DNA from: Adineta vaga
Lineage: Eukaryota > Animalia > Rotifera
Reading direction: 5' to 3'
DNA: 64,000 nucleotides
Assembly (NCBI GenBank): GCA_021613535.1
Contig: CP075497.1
Coordinates: 3,162,001 to 3,226,000 of the forward strand
A program made the translations under genes and the position numbers. This document shows positions 1 through 14,029 of this stretch, one piece after another; position 1 is the first letter of the stretch, and each line of letters opens with the position of its first letter. The notes under the pieces were generated by a model that saw nothing but the letters and a program-made list of their open reading frames with translations, was not told the origin of the DNA and made no database searches.

Positions 1-3000
1 CCTCGATTATATTGGAGTGGAAATAATGCTGAAATATATTGATATTTGAAAAAAAAGAGAAACAGAAATCAACCCCTTAAAGCCTTACTATTGAGTCGAC
101 GAAGTAAATACGTCGTTGTAAATGCATTTCGAGATTCATTAATCAAGGTTAATTCATGTAGATCAGCTGTTTGACAAGCTGAATAACGAACAGGATCACC
201 TGAAGATAATCATCAAAGAAAAATTACGACTTTAATGAAATTTTCATCTTTTGTTTTTACACAAATATTAGAATAAACAATTAAAGAAATGTCAAAATAA
301 AGTGGCGCCACATACACTAATATTTACATATAAATATATCGATTTCTCTCTGACATCTAGCGGCATCATTTCGTAAACTGATCTTTACCTTTATCTGAGA
401 CTGTTTTCTGAGTTCGTAAGAAAGAAGATGTTAGTAAAAGATCATCCAAAAGTTGTTGATGTACGGATTGTTTTTCTCGATTGTTAGTTGTTATGAGTTT
501 ATAAACTTCAGTCTAGAATAAGGAGACCAAGCAAGTTACACACAGATTATTAGAGGCGGAGGAGAAGAAAATAAATCTTTTTTAGATAACTTCAAATAGA
601 ACTCATCCATACCATGAGTAGCTTTGAATATTTGCTAGAAATTCAAATTGCCGAATTTTGGAATAGCATTCTATGTTATTTAATTCATACCTGTGATCGT
701 CGTGCTCTTTCATCAGCTGTTGCTACGCGATTGTTTGGAACTGATGTCGGTGTTATAGTTGGACAACGACTTGCTCGACTTGTATTATTACTCGTACCTT
801 CTAATCGAACTGGATCAGTATTACAAGTATGAAGTCGACGAGCTGACATCGAGACTCTTGGTTTACCCATGTCCGTAATCTAACAAAAATAGAGCGAAAT
901 GTACAATAGATCATCGAAATAAAACAAAGTAGAATTAAAATTAGAAGAAGATAAAGCAAAAGCTTTGAAGCAATAATTAAAGCAATTAGTTTCGCATATT
1001 CCTTAGCAGAACATATCGTAAAAATGTTTAATATATATTAAGTTAAGGAGCAAAGAAAAGAGCAAGTAGTAGTATTATCGATGATTTTGAGTGTATATAT
1101 ATATAATGCAAATATTTTTGTACCAATGGTATTTCAGTGCGTGGAAGTCGTGCATTTAGACAGGCAACACATTTGCAAACGCGATAATTTTGAAGACCAC
1201 GAGCTCGTCTTCTCTTCCGTTGCTTGTTTTCACCTTCCGTCTAGAATTTGTTTTCGATTTTAATTTAATAATAACATAGATTCAAAATCAGAATTGTTCA
1301 TTTTCATTCATATCATCCATCGAAAGAGAAAAACACGAAGAAGAAGACTGACGTACTAAACTTACCTCTGATACGGGTGGATTATTAACTGTAGTTTCTA
1401 ATAAAGCCTTGAAAATATGAAAAAGAGAAAAAGGATGCACAACATAACCTTTGCAAAGTTAAAGTTAGTTTATCATTGGAGATAGTGTGATGAGAATAAG
1501 AAGAATAATGAGAGAAAACTCAGAAGACTAAGAAGGAATAAAGAAGAATTGAAAAACTTACAATATTTGGAAATTGAGAAGTACGAGTTTTGGACACGGT
1601 TAAACCTGTAGATTTATTCTAATTCCAAACATATGTTTAAATAGGATTAGTAAACACGATCAGACAAATTACTTTAAGAGAATTTTCTTTGTCGATTTCA
1701 TCTTTCTTCTTAACTTCTTTAATTGGTTTTGTTGGTGTGACTTTTTTTCTTGTTTTTTTCAATTGAAGCTAACGAAAACAAATGATTTTGAAAGTGAATA
1801 TTATCTAATAAAATGTACTTTTGCTGCTGCAATAACTTCCAAATGTTTCGGTAAACCATCATCAGCTGATGAATCAGATCCATCATCATCACTGAAATTA
1901 TTGAAAAAAGAAATCATTTTTCTATTCAAACCTTTTTTTTCTTTTATTGTCTACCTTGAATCATCATCGGATGAGAATTGATCCAGATCAATATCTGCTA
2001 ATGATGATGGATTAATACCACGTGCTAAAAGTTTCATTCGTATTGATTGTCGCAAATCATCTTCTAATTCATTTAGTACACGATTTCGCTAGAGAATAAA
2101 AAAAACATATCTTTTAAATTTTCTAATCGATTTTGAAGATAAAAGGTTGATCCAACGAATAACAATAGTTAAACAAAAGAAGTACGAAACGAAATGATAG
2201 GGAAGTACAGATGGAACATATTGAAATTACGGATAAAATAGACTGAGAAACATTTATAGTTATTTCTTTTTGTTTCGTTGGTACAATTAATTGAGATTTG
2301 GAACGACGAACAGTTGGTGCACTTTTAATACTACGAGATTTATCTATTGTTCGAACTTTGGAACGTTTATCATCGATAGCTATAGATATTTCTCGTTTTA
2401 TATCAAATCGAGTTTTACTTCGTTGAATTGAATCATCTGTTGCTGTACAAATATCTAAGAGATCATCTTGTGAAAGGAGATTTCCATTCAATAATTCATT
2501 GTATATATTTTGACGATATTGTTCCTATTGATTAGAAGTTAATGCGAAAGAAGAAATCAATGAAATTCTTTTGATTTATCTCAGAAAGATTTCTAACATA
2601 AAGAAAAAAGGCATAGTCATCTACTTACTTTTGTTTCATCTGGATCACAATAATCTAATAATGAATCGAGAAAATGATGGCCAATAGATTCTAAATCATG
2701 CGTTGTAAAATGTTGACCAGCACGATCACCTTGGGTAGATCCACAAAATGTTGCCTAATTAAGATTATTGTTTTCATTAATATGAAGCAATTCATTGAGA
2801 AAAAAAATATCCTACTTCTAATGTATAACTATTCATGATACCCATTGACCACATGACAACTCGTCCGGTTCCTTCTTTACTTTTTTGAACTTTGAATTTA
2901 CATGAATAATATGAGAACTAAAAGAAAAATTGATTTGTATGTAAATTAATCATGAAATTTTGATGTTCATAAATATCTAATTTCTTATCAAGCAAACATT

Positions 3001-5604
3001 TGACATATTCCTCGTTGATACTCAAAGGCATTTTCGATCGAGAAAAGAAAAGGTAACAAGAACAATAGAGAATCTTTTTTTAGATTAAGTGATTATTTAG
3101 CCCGAAGGAGAAAACAAGTTATATTCGTGTTCGACTTTTTCAACTTTGAATAAAACATTATTACAAACTTTTGAAGGATCATTCTTCCCTAACATTGCTG
3201 GAAATATTCTTTCTTTTAATCTTTCATTTGGTAAATGTTTATTTTCACAACCATAAACAAAAACATTTTGTTTTCTTGAATGACCATGAAAATCACAATA
3301 GAGAACAAGTTCAGTTTCAGACATAAATCTAAATGAAATCAATAAGAAAATTCAACTAATTAATTATTAAAATAACCTTTTAATCATTTCTCGTGTATGC
3401 CAAATTGATGGATAAGCATCTTTGAGAACTGTCTTGTAATTACGATTTAAATCACGACCAGCTAATGAACAACGATAATTTCCCACAATAACACCATCAG
3501 GATTAAGCATAGGAATAATTTTAAATATAAAATTATCACGTAAAAGCTATCAAATCACAAAACATTGTTCATGTCATTTTTTCAAACAAAAAAAAAAGAA
3601 TGCATTTACTTTTGCATCAGCAGAATCACGAGTAAGAAATCTAATAAACCTTTCATCATCCATGAGCCATTTGTTTCACCTGGATGAACACGTGAAGTAA
3701 TAACAACACCTTTCTTTACTTGATGTTCCGAAGGTAGGCCAATATTAGCTGTTTGCGGTGGAATTGGATTAGTTATTGTTAACATATAAATAAAATTGCC
3801 AGCTAAAGTTCGACAAAGAATTTTTTGTTTACAATAATCACTTTTAAATCGATTATTTTGTATTTCATTTAGATAATCCTATGAGAATATTATAGAGATA
3901 TTTTGAAAAGACTTTAAATCGAACCATTTACTTGTAAATCAGAATATGTATATGGATAACAATGAGCGAAGTAATATGTATCGTTATTATTTGGGAATTT
4001 ACATGTCCAAGTAAGGGAATACATATTTGTAGAATTATCCGGTGAGCTAAAGAATAAATTATTAGAAAATTTAATTCGAAATCATTTTGTTTACAGTAGA
4101 TTATTCTTATAATAAACAATTTCTTCGCCCCATCTTCTCCATCCGATTCCTTTCATCTCCGCATCTTGCACACTATACATCAATGGTCTCATACCAACAC
4201 TATATAAACTTGTTGGCTAAATAAATCCATTCAAATATACATTACAATTGAATAAATATATCAATGATTACTTTAAAAAAATTAACAATAGTAAAACGAT
4301 ATCTTTTCTCATTTTGAACGTTTTGTAAACGAAAATAAAACCATTGTGTATTACGTTTTGTATAAAGATCATATCGAAGATAAAGTTCATAATCAAATTC
4401 GCCTCTAGAATATATTAAAGAGTACATAAGAACTTCTTCACTTTTTAAAACATACACTTGAACTGCTTTCATTAAATTTCCACTTTCAAAACGTGATTCA
4501 AATAGAACAGTTGTATCATCAGTATTTTGTAAAGGAACAGCAGCTGATCGACAACCCTCTCGATTACCACCAATTCGAGATCGTACAAACTATCATTACA
4601 AACTAAATTCATAATTATACCTACACATTGTCACTTACATAACCACATGTCTCAGGATTATAATTAAAAACGACTCGTCCATTATTCTCATCAAAACTAC
4701 GTACAAATGGTCCATGATCTGTTGCTAAAATTTGTATACGTAAATAAATTAAAAACTAAGTACAATTATATAACAAACTTGACTTATAGAAAAGTTCTGG
4801 TTGAGCCGGCGAAGTATTAATATGTCTAATTCGTGGTTCATTTAAAACTTCGATTTCAATAGGCCATCGAGGTTCAGATGATGATTCATCATTTAATCCA
4901 CCTCGAGTATTTAATCCAAATGGAATTCGAGCTTGTCGAAGAGGCTAATTAAATTCAATAGAACAATTGTAAATTCATCTCATTTCACTTACTAATTTTA
5001 CATCGGATACAAATGGTCTAGTTCTATATTCTAAATTAGAAAACGACATCGGATAGAAAATCGATCAATGATATGAGAAAACTATGACATCATGCAACAA
5101 TCATCAAGCTTCTAGTTTACCAGTTCGAATCAATCGATTAAATGATGTACGATATCTCATATGACTATAGACTGAGAAAAACAAACAAAATATCATTAGA
5201 AAAGAGAATTTCTTCAAGGAAAATGACATGAAAGAATCATGAACATTTTATTGGTTTTCTTTTTTCTTCTTCTTTTTTTTATATTAAATAAACAAAAGAC
5301 ATACTTTCTTGTTCTTCTTCACTACTACTTGATTCTGAATCACCTGATGATGGAAGTAGTTGTGATTTCGATGGAAGAAAACCATATTTTTTTATAATTT
5401 CAGCTCGACCTATGAATAAAACAACTCAATTTCTTTTCATTTCTTCATATCAACGAACCAGTAAAATAACCATAATGTTGAAGATGTTTTCTCATAAAAC
5501 TATCATAAGGACTCTGGAAAATGTAATTATCATAATCAATTACTTTCGAACATAAAGAAAAATCTTACCGATAATAATGAATAGTCTACTTCACTTAGTT
5601 CCAT
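1..5604 (-). CDS. AGBL2: Cytosolic carboxypeptidase 2/3 (M14D tubulin deglutamylase), multi-exon; 3' end lies beyond the window's left edge; apparent 1-nt frameshift near 3640
   Basis: Spliced minus-strand exons give [12 protein letters not shown]|[17 protein letters not shown] (CCP2-type N-terminus), [88 protein letters not shown] and catalytic YTLE|ATF. ATG is at 5604. Confidence 0.93.
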
Positions 5605-6071
5605 GGTTGTTAAAATGTCATAAAAATATAAAAATAGAATCTAACTATGATAAAACTAGAATATAAAGAAAGATTTTGAAGAGAAAATTTTCATGATTTC
5701 AAAGATGATTTGATCTTTTCTTGATTGAAAACAGAATGCGAAGAGAGAGAAAAGAAATATGTCGTTAGACGAACGTTGTTTTTTTCTCGTCTTTAAAAAC
5801 ATTTTTATGTTTGTCTTTTTGACAATATTTTCTTTCTTAAAAAAACATGATCATTCTAGTTGTAATAACTATTTCAAGGACAATCTATGTTCGACTAAAA
5901 TGCTTGTTTTTTTAAAACAAAAATAAATGTTGATTGCTAGTAAACGAAGAAATCAATCACAGAAGAAAGAGAAAAACTCACATGCTCTTCGATCTAATTT
6001 GTTCGATAGAACTTTCAAGTAAAATACGATACGCACTTTCTCTCTTCTCTTCTCTCCTCGCACTTTTTTTT

Positions 6072-6099
6072 CTCGCTATAGCAACGATCCGGCCAATCA
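6072..6099. promoter_or_regulatory. RFX X-box-like element with adjacent CCAAT box, upstream of AGBL2
   Basis: ctcgctatagcaac (reverse complement GTTGCTATAGCGAG, 12/14 match to the palindrome GTTGCTATAGCAAC) lies about 470 nt upstream of the AGBL2 ATG and is followed by ggccaatca. RFX boxes are typical of ciliary gene promoters. Confidence 0.45.
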
Positions 6100-6723
6100 A
6101 CTAGTATGATTATAATATTATTATTATATTAAATCAAAATTAGCGACATCATTCTCTTGTTTTTCTACTGAAGGTACTGAATTCGATCAAACCTTGATTC
6201 CAATAACAATCAATATACATACAAAAAAAAAGAAAGACATAGATCATATTCCGAGCACTTGAGATCTAATCATTATATTGAGCATCTTATAGAATATCAA
6301 AGATAAAACAAATCGTATCGATTCTTTAACTTAAGTTAAATATACAATCATATCAGTAATGGCTTTCCTATCAGTACATATTTGTTATTTAATAATGCAA
6401 TAGAATATAGAAATAATCATACTAAAAGAAAACTATGACATATTTTTCTACTTTTCTCTTTCTTTTCATAAAACTTATAATTCAGTTTGATTCTAGCTAG
6501 ACATGACTAATCAATCATAAGGAAAAAAAAGAAATAATCAACATTTTTCTTGTTGTGTAAGAAAATAAAATATATGTTTCACACATGAATGCACACGTTG
6601 CGGCTTTCTCCTATTTGTTTTTGCATACCTGAAAAGCAGTAAACGACCTTCAAACTGTTTGAGTATACATTAACTAACGTTGTCGACAAAATCAAGTAAA
6701 AAAGGTTTATATTAAATCGAAAT

Positions 6724-7808
6724 ATGTCAAAAGAAGAAGATACAAAAACTCCAGTGAAATCTTCTATTATTAATTATGTTGAGAATTTTGTTGAAAAACG
6801 TAATACTGAATTGCGAGCATCGACAGGCGATGATAGTGATACATCAATTACTCATGAAATCAACAAGGATTCAATTGTAATAAAAACTGGCCATGACGAA
6901 TATCGAGAAGATCATTTAGTAAGTACATTTTCGAAATCATGTCATATTATATTTTTCTCGAATAAATCATCGATTCATTGTCTTTTGTTTAGGATCCTCA
7001 TCAATCAGCATCGACGGATATTGATGCAGACGATCTTAATTTAGATTCTGATCCAATTGTTGAAACGCATGAAGGTGGAGAACAAACATATAAACAACAA
7101 GTCTATTTACGTCAATATCAACCACCAACACCTGAACCTATTGATATTCAAGTTCAAGAAGTCGCTGTCAAACCACAAATTCAACGACCACCTATTCATG
7201 TTCATGTTGGACCAAGTAAAAACAGAGAAGCACAACGTACTCCGTCACCTATTCTAATCAAAAGTGGTCCTCCACCTCCACCACCTCCATCTGAAGAAAC
7301 TGTTTTCTATAACAAATATGTTCCACTAGAAACTGGACCATTACCACAACAAGTATATATATAAATATATATTCATAGAAAAAGAACCCGATAATATCAA
7401 CTGCATTTTCTCTTCTACTAGATTATCATACATCGTTATCCTGAACTACCACCAAAACCACGTAAGTTATTTTCCTTTCAATCGATAAACATTCTTATTA
7501 CGTTTTGTTTTTTAATATTCAAAGGGCCTATTGTTGTTGAACAATGGCTTCCAAATAAACCTGCACCAAAACGTATTACCTATCATCATTTGAATCGTGA
7601 AGAATATGTTCAAAATGAAACTCAACGGTTACGTAATCGTTTTATTGAATATAAAAAACCACATACAACTATCGAAGTTGAAATTGTTCGTTTACCTGTC
7701 GTAAAATTAAAACCAGAAGAATATGATAGTCGTTCACCGGAATTGACTCAACTCGATCGTGTTCGTTTGATGACACAAGATCCTAATACACTTAATTGGC
7801 GAATTTAA
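6724..7808 (+). CDS. Proline-rich uncharacterised protein, 4 exons
   Basis: In-frame GT-AG exons at 6724-6918, 6993-~7352, ~7422-7461 and ~7525-7808 give ...QQVYLRQYQPPTPEPIDIQVQEV...TPSPILIKSGPPPPPPP...QQ|IIIHRYPELPPKPR|PIVVEQWLP..., followed by AATAAA-like signals. Confidence 0.75.
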
Positions 7809-10800
7809 TTCTTAAAGAAAAAATATATATTTCGTAGAAGACTACAAATTCATTTTTTTTCGCACATAATTAATTTCAAATAAAGCAAACGAAAATGAAT
7901 CAAGTAAATAATCTTTATCTTAATACAATCGCTCAATATATCGTACTTGATTTGTCATTATTAATACTAATCACATGAAAGAAATGTAAAGAGTAATTGT
8001 ATTCGTTTGCAATATGTCTGTAAATAGTGATCATATGACTTTCAAGTGACTTAAATTACAGTTATCGATAGATACAGTACAATATATGTGTGTGTGTCAT
8101 GATTAATCGAGCAAAACAATTTTGAACTGTGATCGATTAGCGAATGTTTAAAGCAGAAGAAAAAAAAGAAAATAGCGGCGCGTCAATCGATTGAGACATG
8201 TACAGACAGTCTGATAAATATCCGAAAGCACTTTTTTTGTGTTTCTTATCTACCTTCATTGTTAAATGTTGCAAATTGCGGTAAATATATATGGGTCTCT
8301 TTAGAAAAGATACGATGTTGATGTGTTGAACATTTCAAACAGTTTATTTGAAGCGCCTTTGCTCTTGAATTTCAAGGATTCTTATCGAATATAATCGTCA
8401 ATTGAAGTATGTTATATCCAAAATGAACGGAGGCTAAATATAATCACTCGCTGAACACAAATAAATGAATGCATACATTGAGACATCTGTTATCAATATC
8501 GATTTTCTCTTTTCTTTTCTATTTGATAAACTATTTATTATAACAAACAGAAGAAATGAATTGATACAGATCAAGATCAATCATAGTGATGCAATGCACA
8601 ACGACAACTTTGCTCTCTGTACTATTTCCACACGATTTCATTTTCACATATATATGATTAGCTGAAATTGAAGACAATCGGTAATTTTTACTCTTCGATT
8701 GTTCCATTCTTTTTTTGTTTTTAAGTGACAATGACAAGATGATGTTGTCTCGTCGCTTGGGAATGTTGCTTTATTTCTTTGTAGTTTAATGCGATAAAGA
8801 AAAGAACCAAGTGTTTAATCGCATTTATATGGATCACACCCATTTCTATTCTTAATTTAATATTTGTCGACAGAAAAAAAGGAACGAGAGAACAGGTAAA
8901 ATTGAAATTCTGTATAGAAATTAAAAGGTAAAAGAAACTGAACGTGTCTAATCGACTCATCTCAATGTTTGCATATACATTCACAAAATATCATCTCTAA
9001 TTTTTTTTCTTCTCTTCTCTTTTATTCTCTTTTGTAGGAGGGTATCGTTGTATATCGAATATCATTCTGATACGTTCCTTTTTCTCCTTTATAATCATTA
9101 TCATTTGTCTGAAATTTGACATAAGGTAAGAAACAAAACTTGTATTATTTTATGACTAGAATCTTTCTGGTGTTGAAAGAATCTGTTATCATTGATCTCA
9201 TTCAACGCCGCTAGAAAACAGAATGATGATCGGATAAGACATCACTTCACCTTGATATTCAGCATTTATTTCAATATCATTATCTTTGTTTCATTATACT
9301 TCTCTTAGATTCCTATTTCAAAAAGATGAATATTCTTCTTTACATTGAGGTGCAATATGAGCCTTTCGAAGGTCATCTTTTGAGTGAAGATATATTTATA
9401 TACATATACATATGTATTTATATCTATATTGTATAATAACGTTCATCCCTCTTCTTGAGACTTTGCATTAACATACGAGAGATTTCCGTTAACCTTCGAG
9501 TTCAATTCATGTATAAAATGTCTATGTACATGTTATACTTGTCTCTATATACCCGTCATATAAGTAAGTGAAGATGAGCCCTTGGTTTGGTTAGGATAGA
9601 AAACGAAGAGTCTCACACCCAAACGAAAAGAAGAAAAAAAAGAGAAAAAAAGAGACTGAAGGGTGATTTAACATGAAATTGACATTCGTTTTTCAAGGTT
9701 CAGTTCAGTCTAAGCTGTATGGCGAATATGAAGTAAAGTTGCTCAAGAAGAATGAATAAAGTGAATGTATATTATAATGATATGTTTCTGCAATGGTATG
9801 TTAAATGATACATATAATTTCGTGTCTCGTTCTGCTGCCACAGTGTACATCTAAGTGACTATTAAGAAAGAGAAAGAGAAAGAAAGAAAATATATGAACA
9901 AAATTCTCTTCATTGCTCATTCGAGTAAGAATTAATCACTAAGTAGAAAATCTTTCGGGATCAAATTAGTTGTTCATATATATAGGTTATTCGATAGAAA
10001 ATGAATAATTTTGAAAGTAGATGAGACATTGAAAATGAAGAGTTGATTGAAAAAAAAGTAAATCTCACTTGTCTCTGTCAATATCAAATCTATATATATA
10101 TATATGTGTATATCTCTTTCACTTTATTTGTTTTGTTTCTTGAATGAATGTACTTCTTGAGTTTGTTTAATCAAATATTAATTACACTCTCTTTCTCAAT
10201 CTATACTCTTCACTTGACGTCATCTGTTCATACATATCCGAAGAATTTGACAATTCGACACCAGACTCTTCTATCATATCATACCATATCAAATAAACTA
10301 ATTCCTTTTCTTTTTCAATTGCTTTCGACCCAGAAAAAAAACACACTTGACCACACACCTTTTGACGGATAAATTGCATCAGTCGATCTGATTTTGATTA
10401 GAAGAGATGATAATGACGACATTTTTTTGCCTTCTTCTTTTTATGTGTCGAGACGTTCGAAAATGAAATCAAGGATAATTTTCGAACTACGTTCGATAAT
10501 AAGGTAAGGATTAGTCTTTTTCTATTCAATCCTTGATAGTCTTTCTCTTTGTCTTCAATTCATTGTTGACATTATATGTGTGTGCAAAATAGTTTCTAAT
10601 GAACTATTCAATTCTGTAAATGAGTTGATCAATGAAAATTAGGATCATTATTTCTACTTATATGTTCATTGAAAACAACAGAATGTAGGTATATTGAAAA
10701 AAAAAGAAAAATCATTTAAGAGTTTATTTATGTTTCGTAAATGACTGAAGGATGACCAACGGTCTGTCGCTTCACAAGGCTATTTGTGTGTCTATCAAGT

Positions 10801-13800
10801 ATGCCCTTTAGTTGGATATTGAGACGCAATCGAAACAGCAAGATAGAAGTGTGAATTTGAGACGAGACGACGATTTAAGGACAAATCAATAGATGAAAAA
10901 CGTTTGATCTCTTCTGGATGAATAAAATTCTTGTGGAGAGAGCAAGAGAAAAAAGTAAATGAATTAGAATCGACATTGACCACTCATCATCATCATCATC
11001 ATAAAAACTCTTTTTTTCTTGCTCGGTCAGAATATGTTATTCATTGATCTATCATAGTTAGTTCTAATACGCATGTGACAAACATACAACACATTGGCGT
11101 GAGGTGTTCTATGATGAGTAACTTTCTAAGTTAATTGTTTTTTTTCTCTATTTGAACGTACGTACGTTCAATACTCACATGCGTCTATATTGATATACAT
11201 ACATACATACATATATATATATCGATTGTAGATCAAAGGCAGTGTGATTGTCTCGAGTGTAACATACAATAGAATTAGAAGTAGTAGTCGTAGTATTATT
11301 ATTATTATTTTTCTTCTTATCATTCTGATGCAACAAAAGACGCAGTTGTTTAACTTGAACAGGTGATATGATCTCTAATGATTTCTTTTTCTCTGTCTCT
11401 CATTAGAAAGTCTGCGATGACATATACATACAAACATCTTATCAGTACGTGTTTTCGTCCATCATTTATCATCATCATATTATTTGAACACTCCTCCTTC
11501 TACTGTAGAGTGAGTATGAGACATATGAGCATGTGCGAGAAAAGAAGTTAGGCATGTTCTTGCTTGTCTGATAACGGTTATCATCTATCCCGAAGGGGGG
11601 AGAAAGAGAAGAAGAAGAGAGTAATATACTACTAGAAGTTGTTGGCTGTTGTAGTCTAGTCATGTTCATATTCTTGTCGTTTTTCGGTAAAAATAAAATT
11701 GATTTAGAAAGAAACTGAGATAAAATTTTGTTTTTATAAGATTTCTCTTTGTTTGTTTTTTATTAAAAATTGAAGAAGTATTCATCGATTAAAGAAAAGG
11801 AAATGCATACGGTATGATTTAATCAATTTAGACATTTTAAAGTGAGTTCTATGTATGATTATTGTTTGATTTTTTAGTATCTATCGGTTTAATTACCTTT
11901 TTTTTTATTATCGAATATCACGATTAAACATACATAGATGAAGCCTAGTTTGATTGTACAGTATGACAAATTGCAAGAAGCCTATTCTTCTGTATAAACC
12001 TGTTCAGTCATACATATTACACACATATACATGCATGTAAGCTATTCATTCATTGTTGTCAGTAACCCTTAATGGATTGTTTAAATTCATTATTTTATTT
12101 TCGCTTATATAATACTATTATTCGTTCTGTGCTTTATTTCGTACATACATATATGTAGACTTAGTGTTTTAATGAGACTACTACCAATTGTATTATTTTA
12201 TGTTACATTCGCAAACGCGCGCACGACACCATTGTATAGGAGAACGAGAAGAAAAAATAATACCAATAAGTTCCGTTCAAGTTATACAATATTCAATGCC
12301 TATTGTTATTCAGTAGCCAGCAGTTATGAGTTAAGAATATCAATCAATAATCGTTGCAATAGTTCTACCTGTCGTTCGATTTTGATAGGCAATCAAAGCA
12401 TACATGTTTGATTTCATGTGTCAGCAAGCAGAACTATTACGTCGATATCTTCTTCTTCTTCTTCTCGTTCTCTTTCTCTGTATATGCAAGCGTGCGTATT
12501 TATTTATGCACATTGTTCAGAATCAGTGAATATGTATATGCGATAAGTAAGAACCTTCAATAATTCAACTGTTGCAACATAAAATATGCATTGACCTCTT
12601 CTGTTGTTCTTGAAATCTTTCTCTTCCGCTTGATGCAACGAATTCTTTTCAAACTGACCGTTTATTCTTCTTTCTCTTTTTTGACTTCATTGAATATAAA
12701 AGAAAAGAATTGAAGTTACGATGTCCTTCTTTGGACAAACATTATCGATGATGAAAAAAAAACGAAACGATCTTTCAAAGAATCTATTGCATAAGTCATA
12801 TTCATTACGCTGAGTCATCATCCTTCACTTTTTACTGAGTTATTCGTCATCTCAAACAACTTACGTTTTTCTTCTCTCTCTCTCGCGCTCCTTTCTTCTG
12901 TGTCTCTTTTTGCAAACTTACTGGTTATTTTTTTCTTCTTTAATGTTTGCTTGCTCTTAAAGTAGATTTATATATTCGTCATTCTTTCTCGGTATATATA
13001 TATATATATATGGAGTCGAATCTTAAAGTGACAAGCCGACAAAAAACTTGACAAAGTAGGCTGTAGGTGTTTTAATACAAAGAAAAAACGAAAAAGAGAA
13101 GGAAGTCAGTTATACATCTTGTTTTTGTCATCTGTTGTCTAACATCCTCTTGTAATCTCTTATCAAAGTATAGCTATTAACTACGTAGTTGAATATCCAT
13201 GTTTAGAAAGGTATGTATTTCAATGATTTTTTTTTCTTTTATGTAAATTTCTTGTTTTTTTGATCATTCATATTGAATGACTCGCCCTCTCTGTTATGCT
13301 ACTGGTATTATGTTATAAATATATAAAGGTGTATTGATCGTTGTTTCTCGTCTAAATATATGCAAAGAATACATGTATATATATATATAGTAGACATATA
13401 CGTTGAACAACGATGAATACGAAATGAAGTGGTACTAGGAATAGGTTAGTGTCTGAACAATTTTGATTTAACACATCGATTTGTTTTGTTTTCTCTTTGT
13501 TGATTGTGTAATGAATATGTGAATAGAACTCGTCTCATATCCATCTTCTCGATTTGTATATTACCAAGTGGGTGCAACAAGAATTCATTTTTTTTTGTAT
13601 TCTTCATCTTCTTCGTTTTTTTTTCAATTTTGAAGAGCACGACGCGTCGAGAATAACAACATAATAACAACATCGGATCGATTGCATGATCGATCGAAAT
13701 AAAAGAAGATGAGAATATAAAAGTATTATTCAAAACGTGACCTGTTCAAAAAAAAGAAAGAAAGACATCATTGCATAAAGAAAAGATGATCAAATTTCGT

Positions 13801-14029
13801 TTAAATGATTTTTTCCAATTGGAATTTGTCTCGACGCATGTGTCCTTGTTCTATTTATCGATACTTTCTTTTCTTTTCATTCTCTCTCTCCCTGTATATA
13901 TATATACATATACATATATCCAGGCATCTCGCTATTGCCTGATTTTATGTCCTCCGAAAATATGTTTTTCTTCATTTCAGATGGCCATAAATGAATTTCT
14001 TTAAAATTGTTACCCACACGCACACAAAT

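Noticed and set aside
5857-5870. Partial reverse-strand match (ttattacaact) to the bdelloid spliced leader
   Set aside because: Only 11 AT-rich bases, with no following GT donor or Sm site.
8465-13733. Numerous 60-95 aa ORFs in the intergenic region
   Set aside because: Low-complexity F/I/L/Y/K-rich translations of AT-rich DNA, many with TTG or GTG starts, and no domains or exon chains.
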